A stretch of DNA of 64,000 nt from positions 72,807,137-72,871,136 of the forward strand of contig JARDVH010000025.1 in assembly GCA_030324005.1 (NCBI GenBank), read 5' to 3'. Both the position numbers and the translations under genes were made by a program. A model generated the notes under the pieces. The model had not been told where the DNA came from, did not search any database, and saw only the letters and a program-made list of their open reading frames with translations. Positions 54,035-64,000 of this stretch are shown piece by piece. The stretch comes from Negaprion brevirostris (lineage: Eukaryota). Numbering within the stretch: the first letter of the stretch is position 1; each line of letters opens with the position of its first letter.

Positions 54035-54162
54035 CACTCATACTGAACTCAAAATGTTAACTCTTGTTTCTCTCTCTACACAGATGCTGCCAGACCTGCT
54101 AAGTTTATCCAGTGCTTGCTGTTTTTATTTCAGATCTCCAGCATCTGCATCTTTTTCTTTTG
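54035..54162 (+). repeat. Second Penelope-associated short repeat family, decayed (related pieces at ~20565-20620, 20800-20880 and 26540-26600)
   Basis: aaaatgttaactcttgtttctctctctacacagatgctgccagacctgctaagtttatccagtgcttgctgtttttatttcagatctccagcatctgca; no intact hammerhead core is visible. Confidence 0.5.
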
Positions 54163-54759
54163 ACAGAGAGGCAGGCCCGACTTTACCAAGTTTTCGCACC
54201 TGGAAACGGATGCAATGCGATGGTAAAATCAGGCTTTATGAGCGGGATTCTCTATGTCTATCCACTAGGGGAACAGATTCTGTTATAGCTACTAAGTCCC
54301 GTGAGAGGGCCACAACAGGATTTGTGATGACAGGATCTTAGTTTGAGCTTGGTGCTGGACTTCAGTCTGCTGGAAATCAGTCTCGATTTCATGGAACGAT
54401 GGAACTGACTTGATGGACCAAATGACCTACTTCTCCTATGTTCAACATGTGACCTAGAGGATATCTTGGAATAGATTTTTGTATTTCTGTGGGTCAACAA
54501 GAAAGTGTGTACCCTTCATATTTATTGTATTTAATTGCAAAAGCAAAGATGTTTGTGTCAATAACCGCATTACATACTGAAATGCATAACAGAAGAAACA
54601 GATTCATTGAAAGTAATGTACCTTCTTTACAAGACAAAAAAATTAACTCTAATCAACAGGCCAAGCTCCCCAATAAACATAGCTGAACTCAGACATTTTA
54701 AAAATAGTGATTATTGCAGTTAAAGACAAATAGCTTCTCTGCCCTACATTACTGCTGTT

Positions 54760-54820
54760 TGAGAGTGTGTGTGTGTGTGTATGTGTGAGAGAGAGAGTGA
54801 GAGAGTGAGAGAGAGAGAAA
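54760..54820 (+). repeat. Compound (GT)n(GA)n microsatellite
   Basis: gagagtgtgtgtgtgtgtgtatgtgtgagagagagagtgagagagtgagagagagagaaa. Confidence 0.9.
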
Positions 54821-55089
54821 GATCTATTTAAGGGGTTAAAATTAATCACCAGTTATAAGAACTAACTTTAAATTCTTTACATTATACTTGTTTGTGAAAA
54901 GTATTTTATACTAAAGTTATTTTTTAAAACTAAGATTTTCAACTTCAGGTTTGTAAACACAAAATGGTGGCAAAGACCTGATACATTTATGATTAAATAA
55001 AAAGGTAGTAACCAGCCTCAAAAACTGAACATTTATACACATTATGCAATGATATATGTTGGAAATCAGAATAAGAAGACAATCTGAAA

Positions 55090-55665
55090 ATCCACTTTTC
55101 TATTATCAAGAGAGTTGTGGGGGTATGGAACGCGCTACCGAGTAGGGTGGTGGAGGCAGGGATGTTGGACTTGTTTAGAGTTTACTTAGATAGACACATG
55201 AGCGAAACAAGGATGGAGGGTTATAGTAGAGGGTATTAAATAGGGTCAGAGCCTCGNNNNNNNNNNNNNNNNNNNNNNNNNNNNNNNNNNNNNNNNNNNN
55301 NNNNNNNNNNNNNNNNNNNNNNNNNNNNNNNNNNNNNNNNNNNNNNNNNNNNNNNNNNNNNNNNNNNNNNNNNNNNNNNNNNNNNNNNNNNNNNNNNNNN
55401 NNNNNNNNNNNNNNNNNNNNNNNNNNNNNNNNNNNNNNNNNNNNNNNNNNNNNNNNNNNNNNNNNNNNNNNNNNNNNNNNNNNNNNNNNNNNNNNNNNNN
55501 NNNNNNNNNNNNNNNNNNNNNNNNNNNNNNNNNNNNNNNNNNNNNNNNNNNNGCTAAGGAAGGGGTTCCATTCGTAGACACGCAGGGTAGAATAGGTGTA
55601 GGGTGATGGCGGCGCGGGCTCATTGGGCCAAAGGGCCTGTTTCCCGTGCTGGGTTGTTCTTTGTA
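55090..55665 (+). mobile_element. CR1 3' end fragment (gap inside)
   Basis: RVVGVWNALPSRVVEAG; tail ggcgcgggctcattgggccaaagggcctgtttcccgtgctg. Confidence 0.75.
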
Positions 55666-57744
55666 TTAATTAGTCACAAAGGCCTAGGCCAATTAAGCTA
55701 AATGGAAGAAATATCAGCCAAAGGGAGACAAGACCATGTGGCAAGGAAAGACATAAACTCCCCTAAGGGTTAAAAAACCCTACCTCAAGAGACACCTTTA
55801 GCTAGCTAGCCTTATTCTGACTGTAGAGTACTTATTCAAAAGAAGGAAGGAGTTGTCACGGAAATGATCAACTCATGGAACTCATATCCTCCTGTATGCC
55901 ACCTTGCACTTCAGTTAATTAATTAATTAACTTCACAACACATTCATTAAAAACAAATTTAACTATTAAATGAAGAAACTCTCTTCATCTTCCTTTGTCT
56001 CCCTCTCTCACCTCTCCTGGTCTCTATATGTTCCCTGTTTGACACACACAGTCTTTTGGACTTTTGTCAATTTGTCACCCAATCAAATGGAATACATTTT
56101 CTAAACTTTATAGAACATAGAGCACAAGCAACAGCAGAGATGTCTTCAGAACACTTTCTCTCACACACAATGACAAAATCTCCATGCATTGCATTTCCTT
56201 GAAAACATTCAATATAAATTCTTCCACTTCAATAAAGCTTTTACAATGCTCTTCTTGTTTACAAAATAATTTGAAGTATAGCTAATGCTTACAATATGCT
56301 GGATTCTAAAGGAAACTGTCCCATTTGCACAGGTGACTGAACAGTACCAACATATCCTGGGAAATTAGCTAAACTATATTTATTAAAATCGCGGAACAAA
56401 ATTGAGCTTATTTTGGACAAAAACATTAGATTCAAGCCCATTCTTTTAAGATTTTCAATAAACTGATCAAAACATTCAAAGATACAAAAAAACATTCCCA
56501 TGGATATATTCAACCATGTTATTACGAAATCAATAATTATTTGAATCTTTAAGTAATTATTTTAGACAGTAAAAATTTCAATTACTGGGAAAAAATGACA
56601 TTGAGAATTAATTCCAGAAAGTATTCCGAGTGATTCAATAGGTAGCTGATATCTGGACTGTGCAAATGCATGACTTTCCAGAGGCAAAACCTTTTATCAA
56701 CGTGGACAAACAAACGTAAAAAAATTGACACAAAGTAGGACAAAGTCAACAATCAGAAATCAATTTGTGCAAGCAGAAAGTGCAATGATAATATATTTAA
56801 GACAGATTATAGCAAGTCTTAACAAAAAAAAAAACCATACAACGCAGGAATTTTAATGTTCATGACACAAACCACATAAACTTTGAATCGACTAAGCTGA
56901 TAACTGCAAAACATTTAAGGCATGGATCCCAGAGCTATCAAACAATTCCGAACAGGAAAAAACAATTGTCCCATTTTTAAGTTCTTCGTCCCCCATGTTG
57001 GGTGGGGAAGGATTGGGGGACAAAGTGATCAACTTATACATTGGGAACATCCCATGCACAGGCCCACAAGTCTATTATACATCGCTGGATATGGGGCGTT
57101 AGCTTGAGCCACCATGCAGAAGGGGAATAGCTCATTATCATTGCTACATCAGGCCCTAACAGTGCAACGGAAACCCATTTTAAAATTGGCCCTGAGAAAG
57201 AAATGCAGCGACATTCAACTTTAAAGCAGAAGAGTTTTTGGCCATCCCCAGCCATAATCTCTAGTTNNNNNNNNNNNNNNNNNNNNNNNNNNNNNNNNNN
57301 NNNNNNNNNNNNNNNNNNNNNNNNNNNNNNNNNNNGTCATCTCTTCACCACCCTCCCAAAGCTCTCCCCGAACTGTGCCTTCTTCCACTGGATTCCCCCA
57401 CCTCACCCAACCTCCAGCATGTTGTCTATTTGGCTGGCTTCCAAATGCTTAAATTGTAACAAAAAAATAATGTGAATGAAGGCCTGTCATTATGTTCTTC
57501 TGCTCACACCACATCCTCCATAAAAATATCAGGCCCACTAAGTTCCAGCAACTCCAGGTTCTTAAAGCACTGAGGAGCTGCTTTTACAAAATAGTCATTG
57601 TGAGAAACATGTGGCAAAACTCCCGAAACACGTGTCCAACAGGAAAAGTCACCAGTCTAGCATCATTTCAATCAGCTGTAATGAGCCCAATTTTATAATC
57701 CAAGTGCAGTTCTGGCCTCATGGTCAAAATTAATGGAGACAGCT

Positions 57745-57958
57745 TTGCTGCTCTTCTTTAAAGGAATGCCTTGGGATCTTTTACATCCACCTGAGAGGGG
57801 AGATAGGACTTGGTTTAACACCTCATCTGAAAGGGTGCAACATTCCCCCCCTACTTCACTGGAGTGGTAGCCTTCATTTTTGTGCTCAGGAGCTGACATG
57901 GGACTGGAAGCCACAACCTTGTGACTCCATGTGCTCCCAGCTGAACCATGGCTAACAT
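57745..57958 (-). mobile_element. DeuSINE (SacSINE1-like): tRNA-like head plus Deu domain
   Basis: Plus-strand tgccttgggatcttttacatccacctgagaggggagataggacttggtttaacacctcatctgaaag matches the Deu domain in reverse as I recall it; reverse-strand head tagccatggttcagctggg...aggttgtggcttccagtccc. Confidence 0.65.
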
Positions 57959-58270
57959 GAGGAGCAATACTCACTGCTTCCATTTGGGGGAAAGGGAATG
58001 GTAGCAGAGTTAAAATCAAAGTAGTTGACTTACAACCCACATTCACACTCAAGTACAATTTTAAATTGGACCCTCTACCAGGTAGCCCTGGCAATATCGT
58101 CAATTCAGGGGTCTCAGTAACCCTGAATTAATTTTCAGATCTGGAGTCTTAATATTGATACACCCCCTATGCAAGTTTGAGGACCTACTGAACATTTTCA
58201 TCATGAGGGACAGGACTCAAAAGTCTAAGCCTTAAATTGTTGGGCCAAGATGGGAGGACTGCTGTTCCAG

Positions 58271-58318
58271 ACTTCACAAGATTAACATGGGCAGACTTCA
58301 CAAGATTAACATGGGCAG
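58271..58318 (+). repeat. Perfect 24-bp tandem duplication
   Basis: acttcacaagattaacatgggcag repeated twice. Confidence 0.9.
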
Positions 58319-59744
58319 CTTTCCCTAGCCTATCCCTGCTATGTTCCCACCCCACCTTCATACCTTCCATATGTGCCATCCACCTCCCCCCACCTATATG
58401 TATTTATTTTCTTGTACGCAATTGAGCATCCTGCAGTTGCACTGGTCTAGAATGGTGAACAGTAGCTGAATGCCCATTTTGGGACATTAACTTGAGGGGT
58501 CAGAGGTGAGTGTGCTCTCAACTGAACCATGGCTAAGATGAGGAGCAAATTCACTCCTTTCATATGACAAAGTCACATCCTTAAAATGGATTGGGTTTCA
58601 GGAATAGGTGGCCTGCTTTTGTGCTCTGACCAATTATTCAAATCCCCCAAGGTGTGGCCTGAATTGAACACTATACTGTTTGGTTACAATTTCCTCTAGT
58701 TTGGAATCTATTTTGGATTTACAATTTATTATTTTGAAGGCTTTCTTGATTGCTGCTGAGCAATTATTATACTTACTGACCTGGATTTTCATCTTGGGAG
58801 GCCAAGTTTTAGCAAGGCCGAGATTCTGTTAATCTCTGCACATTCTCTCCAGCGTCAACTCATTTTCTTGGACTGAGATTCATTAGAGATGCACAGCAGA
58901 CTCCTGACAGAAACTTTGTCATTAAGATAGCAGCTGCTAATGGGTTGTGCAGCTACTTTAAAAGGGCATCTGAGGGAATTCATTGACGAAAAACCCTCTG
59001 CCATGATCTGGCTTAACTTTGACTGGAGCATGGTGGGAAATTGGTGCATGGATTACAAATTACTCTTCATAACCGAGTATCAAGTTGATGAAAAATCCTG
59101 ACCCTCTTTTCATTTCATCCTCAGCTATTCCAGCACAAAGCAGGAGTGGCACCCATTTTTCACCCAATGTGCTGTACTTTATTCTGTAGAATACCTATAG
59201 TGCAGAGGAGGCCATTCAGCCCACTGAGTCTGCACCAACTCTCCAAAAGAGCATCTTATCCAGATATGGATGTAATCCTTACAATGGTACCCAAGGCATT
59301 CCATTTAGTACTTTTCTCCATTTCAGCCTAATGCCGCTATAGTTTTCTATCAAATCCTAACCAATTTCTAACCAAATTCTCATCCATAATGTCATGTGAG
59401 TGTACTATTAAGAACTTTCCCTTTTTAAAAATCACCCAGCTTACAGCTTCAGCGATGTCATTGAGGATGGAGCTAAGCTGTGGTAGTCAGGTGATAAGGT
59501 TTTTTTCCTTTGGGCTTTCAGTTTTGTTTTGGGGATTGTGTTGGAAGCACTTTAGCAGCAAACTAAGAAGCAACCTCTCTCTTTCTCTGTTCAGTTCAGA
59601 AACTATTATCAGTTAGCTGAAGGAGAGGCTTATTGCCATCCTGCCTTACAAAAGCTGTGTTTTGTGAAACAGATTTCACTACAACTTCTTCTGAGTTTCT
59701 TCACAAGGGATTTTTCAACATTCAACCCAGGAGATGGGATTCCT

Positions 59745-60100
59745 GTATTTTGATGCAACTGTTGTAGGATATCAGGTTACACAGATCATGGGATAACAAC
59801 TTGCTTTCCCTTGAAGATGACTCCTTCAGATATTTCAAGTTCACCTCAATAGGTCCAGAATGGTCTTACAGCTCTGGAAAGACTTTGGTCATCTGCTATG
59901 TCACTGTGTTCCATAGTTGCTATAGAACAAGTTCATTGGATATTTCTCCCTGCAACGATTGGCAAAAATGCATAAGGGAAACATGCAGAACATCTTTGAT
60001 TTTAACATGAACAAGATCTAGCAGTGGTCCTAGGGCAAAATCTGCAGTTTTTGATGGGTTCGGTACATAGAGTGTTGGATGTGACCATGGAACTATCCAA
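59745..60100 (-). mobile_element. Ancient Ty3/Gypsy pol fragment (linker before the integrase zinc-binding region)
   Basis: Reverse strand SLQGEISNELVL*QLWNTVT, then after a frameshift VRPFWTY*GELEISEGVIFKGKQVVIP*SV*PDILQQLHQ, resembling the Gypsy pattern PFWxxRxEL...GxIxKGxxxVIP..L..H. Confidence 0.6.
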
Positions 60101-60344
60101 CCTGTGTGCATCACAATCATTGCCTTTTGGTTCAGGAATATTGAGGTCCAGAAAATAAAGCTCTAAATNNNNNNNNNNNNNNNNNNNNNNNNNNNNNNNN
60201 NNNNNNNNNNNNNNNNNNNNNNNNNNNNNNNNNNNNNNNNNNNNNNNNNNNNNNNNNNNNNNNNNNNNTGATCTTATTGAATGGCGGGGCAGGCTCGAAG
60301 GGCTAGATGGCCTACTCCTGCTCCTACTTCTTATGTTCTTATGA

Positions 60345-62160
60345 GTAGGTCAGTTGGCTCCTCCTTTCAACAAAATCTGATTGCAACCTCAACGTTATAT
60401 TCCTGCCTACATCCAAGAACTCAATAACTCTTGACTCTTGTTAATCAAGAATCTAAATTAAAAATATTAGACGACCTTGTCTCCACCACTCTGAGGAAAT
60501 GAGTTCCAAAGATTCACAACTCAGAGAAAAAAATTCTCCTCATCTCCATCTTAAATGAAACTCCTTAACTGTGTCCTGTCATTCTCGTCTCTCCCACCAG
60601 GGCAAACTTCCCTTCAGCGTCCACCCTGTCAAGTTTCATCAGGATCTTATACATTTCAATAAGATCACTTCTCAGTCTTCTAAACTGCGATGAACACAGC
60701 CCAGCTTGACCATCCTTTTCACATTAGATAACTGCCCCCCCACCCCCCACAGCCTGACCATCCTTTTCACATTCGATAACTCACCTCTCCCACACAACCT
60801 ATCCCAGGGACCGATCAAGTGAATCTTCTGAAGCATATATTTTCTTAATTAGGGAACTGTACACAGTACTCTGGATATGTTCTCACCAATGCCCTGTAGC
60901 AAAGCATCCTGACTTTCATATTCTATTTCTCTTGTAATAAATGACAACATTCTATTTTCCTTCCTAATCACTTGCCGTAGCTTTCTGAGATTCCTGTATT
61001 AGGACACCCAGATCCCTCTGTACCCATTTGCCAATTTTTTGCATCCTTGCATCTAACTTACTAATGTCCTTTGCAGACCCCTTATTTCCTCTTCACAAGT
61101 TACTTTTTCACCTATCTGTGTCATCAGAAAATTTAGCAACCACACATTCAGTCAACCAAACCATTGATATTATTGTAAATAGTTGAGGCCACAGATCCGA
61201 TCCCTGCGGCACTCCACTTGTCACATCTTGCCAGCCATAAAAAGGCCAATTTATCCCTATTCTCCTCTGTTCCCTGTTAGCTGACAAATCCTCATTCCAT
61301 GCTTATATTTTATCCTGAACACCGTAAGTCCTCATTTTGAGTAGTAATCTTTAGTGTGACACCTTGTCAAATACCTTCTGGAAATCTATTACAGCACATT
61401 TACACGTTCTCCTTTATCTACACTGATTGTTACTTCCTCAAAGATCTCCAATAAATTAATGAAACATGATATCCCTTTCACAAAACAATGCTGATTCTGC
61501 TAGGTTGCATCAAGATTTTCGAAGTGCCCCACTATAACCTCTATAAATAGGAAGAAGGGGGTATGGGAAACAGGTGTGGAGATGGATTTGAGACCAGGAA
61601 GAGATCAGCTATGATCTGACTGAGCCTTTCGAGCCTGCTCCACCATTCAATGTGCCTACTTCTGCTTCCAATTCCTATGTTCCAATGTTCCTAATGGAAT
61701 TCAGCATTTATCCAACAACAGCTGTTAAACTAATTGATCAGTAGTAACCTGCTTTCTGTCGCCTTCCTTTCTTGAACAGAGTCACATTCACTATTTTCCA
61801 ATCTGATGTGATCTTTCCAGAATCTAGAGGATTTTGGAAAATTAAAATCAATCCCTCTCCTATTTACACAGCCACTTTTTTAAACACCCTAGGATAAAAT
61901 CCATCAGGATCTGGGGACTTGTCCGCTTTTAGTTCCAGTAATTTTCTCAGTACCCTTTCCCTAGTGATAGTAATTGTTTTAAATTCTGTTTTTCCTTTCA
62001 CCTCCTGATTCACAATTATTCTGAGATGTTATTTGTATCCTCTGGTGAAAACAGACACAAAATCCTGTTCTGTTCATCTGCCATTTCCATTTTCCAATAT
62101 TAATTCCCATTCTCCCACTCTGGAGAACCATCCTCACTTTATGTTCTTCCTTTTTAAATA
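60345..62160 (-). mobile_element. Decayed CR1 ORF2 RT and 3' end, with a small plus-strand CR1 tail inserted at ~61550-61690
   Basis: Reverse strand KSPDPDGFYPRVFK, QHCFVKGISCFINLLEIFEEVT, FQKVFDKVSH, SGVPQGS, KFSDDT. Confidence 0.85.
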
Positions 62161-62794
62161 CCAATGGAATGTGAGTTGCGTGGCATTACCACCATGCCAA
62201 ATGGGATGGAATTTGAACAGATCTAGCAACTCAAGATTGGACATCAATGAGACGCTGTAGGCAATCAGCAGAACTGTACTTGACCACAATCTGTAACCTC
62301 AGGACTGGCATATCCCCCACTCTACCATTACCATCAAGCCAGTGGATCAACCATGGTTCAATGACCCACAACTACTGCCATCTAGAAAGACACAGCAGCA
62401 GATACCTGGGAACACCACCACCTGGAGATTCCCACCTCCCCCCCCCCCGCCCCCAAGTCAGTCACCATCCTGATNNNNNNNNNNTGATTTGTAAATATAT
62501 TGACGTTTCTTCAGTGTCACTGGACCAAAATCCTGCAGTATGCATATAACAAAAGTCATGCTGTGACTGAAAATAGGTATGAGTCATGTGCGATAGCTAT
62601 TGCTCAGTTTGGGTGGTGAATTGAGAAGTACCTAAGGCAAGTTGGATTTAGGACTTGAAGATGCATTTATTGACCTCGAGTACCCATGTGAGGCGATTAA
62701 GCTTCTTTGGAAGGGGAGTTGATAAGGCATATATGCCAAGGGAAGGACTTCAAGAAAAAGGGGCATGGTCCTATAAAGTCCTATTGTCCTATTG

Positions 62795-63100
62795 GTTGGC
62801 ACAGTTAGCACTGCTGCCTCACAGTGCCAGGAACCTGAGTTCGATTCCTGACTTGGGTCATTGTCTGAGCGGAGTCTGCACATTCTCCCCATGTCTGCAT
62901 GAGTTTCCTCTAGTTGCTACAGTTTCCTCCCACAATCTAAAAGACGAGCCGGTTAAGTGCATTGGCCATGCTAAATTCTCCCTCAGTATATCCAAATAGG
63001 TGCCAGAGTGTGGCGGCTCGGGGATTTTCAAAGTAACTTCACTGCAGCGTTAATGTAAGTCTACTTGTGACACAAATAAACTTTTAAACATTAAACTTTA
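62795..63100 (+). mobile_element. HE1/V-type SINE, aataaataaacttt-tail variant
   Basis: gttagcactgctgcctcacagtgccaggaacctgagttcgattcctgacttgggtc...cttgtgacacaaataaacttttaaac. Confidence 0.85.
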
Positions 63101-63129
63101 AAATGTTTCTCTTAATTTTCAACACCCTG

Positions 63130-63512
63130 ACTAAAAGGTTGGATCGACTGGGCTTGTAATCACTGGGTTTAGAAGAATGAGAGGGACCTCATGGAAACAT
63201 ATAAAATCCTAATGGAGCTGGACAGGCTAGGTACAGGCAGAATGTTACCGATGTTGGGGAAGCGCAGAACTAGGGGTCACAGTCTGAGTTGTGAACCTGT
63301 GGAATTCTCTAACATGGAAAGCTGTCTGGAGCCAGTTTGTTAGATATATTCAAGAGGGAGCTGGACAGTGGCCCTTATGGCTAAAGGGATCAAGGGGTAT
63401 GGAGAGAAAGTGGGAATGTGATATTGAAAGTACATGATCATATTGAATGGTAGTGCAGGCTCAAAGGGCTGAATGGTCGACTCCTACATGTATTTTCCAT
63501 GTTTCTACGTTA
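63130..63512 (+). mobile_element. CR1 3' fragment
   Basis: RRMRGDLMETYKIL..LDRL..RTRGHSL; tail tgaatggtagtgcaggctcaaagggctgaatggtcgactcct. Confidence 0.85.
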
Positions 63513-64000
63513 AAACCCCCTCAACACTGACTAGATAAAGGAATTCATTGGCTGTAAAGGTCTCAGATGAAGTGAATTTGCTTGTGTTCACACTGCTGTT
63601 TGAAGTCCACAGTTTAAATGCATTCACAATGTTTTATCCAAATTGGAAGTCTCAGCTGACATTAATATAGTAGAGCTTGTGTTTTTAAAAGTAGCTTTGT
63701 CAGTACAGCAATGTGAAGTGTTTAGTATAACTGCAGTTTGAGTGTAGTTCAGAATTTAACGTTGAGTTTGAGATCAGCGAGTAGTAATCTCACATTCCTT
63801 TGATCTGCAGCAAGCACAAAGCCATGTTTTTAAACAGGAGTTCGACCATCTCAAAAGCATTCAGGTGGTCAATGGACCAAACTTGCAATGTTGGTCACAA
63901 GACCATTGGATCATTATGAACATTAAACTAAAAATAACAGATTGCAGAACTCTGTGCATTTAAGGATAAGGCTTCTGCATATGTGGCTGACTCAGAATGT

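Overview
This is a vertebrate eukaryotic window. The repeat content (HE1/V-type and Deu-type SINEs, CR1 and L2 LINEs) indicates a cartilaginous fish, most likely a shark, in a gappy assembly with many N runs. The only host gene I can support is the 3' part of GAREM2 (Grb2-associated regulator of MAPK, subtype 2) on the minus strand. It has four coding exons with canonical, phase-compatible GT-AG junctions: 53043-53173, 35586-36770, 16487-16656 (missed by the ORF track) and 2929-3943. The 5' coding exons are not visible here. The introns are dominated by decayed retroelements (one near full-length CR1, L2, Rex1-like and Gypsy relics, several SINE families) and small MITEs. The most notable signal is a family of at least six short Penelope-like insertions. 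Several are partly palindromic, have a one-sided tail and imperfect target-site duplications, and five show minimal hammerhead-ribozyme motifs whose stems co-vary between copies. Two of these motifs have intact cores, and one of those lies in the sense of the GAREM2 pre-mRNA. There is also a ~175-bp local inverted duplication. Family names come from my recognition of motifs, not from database searches.
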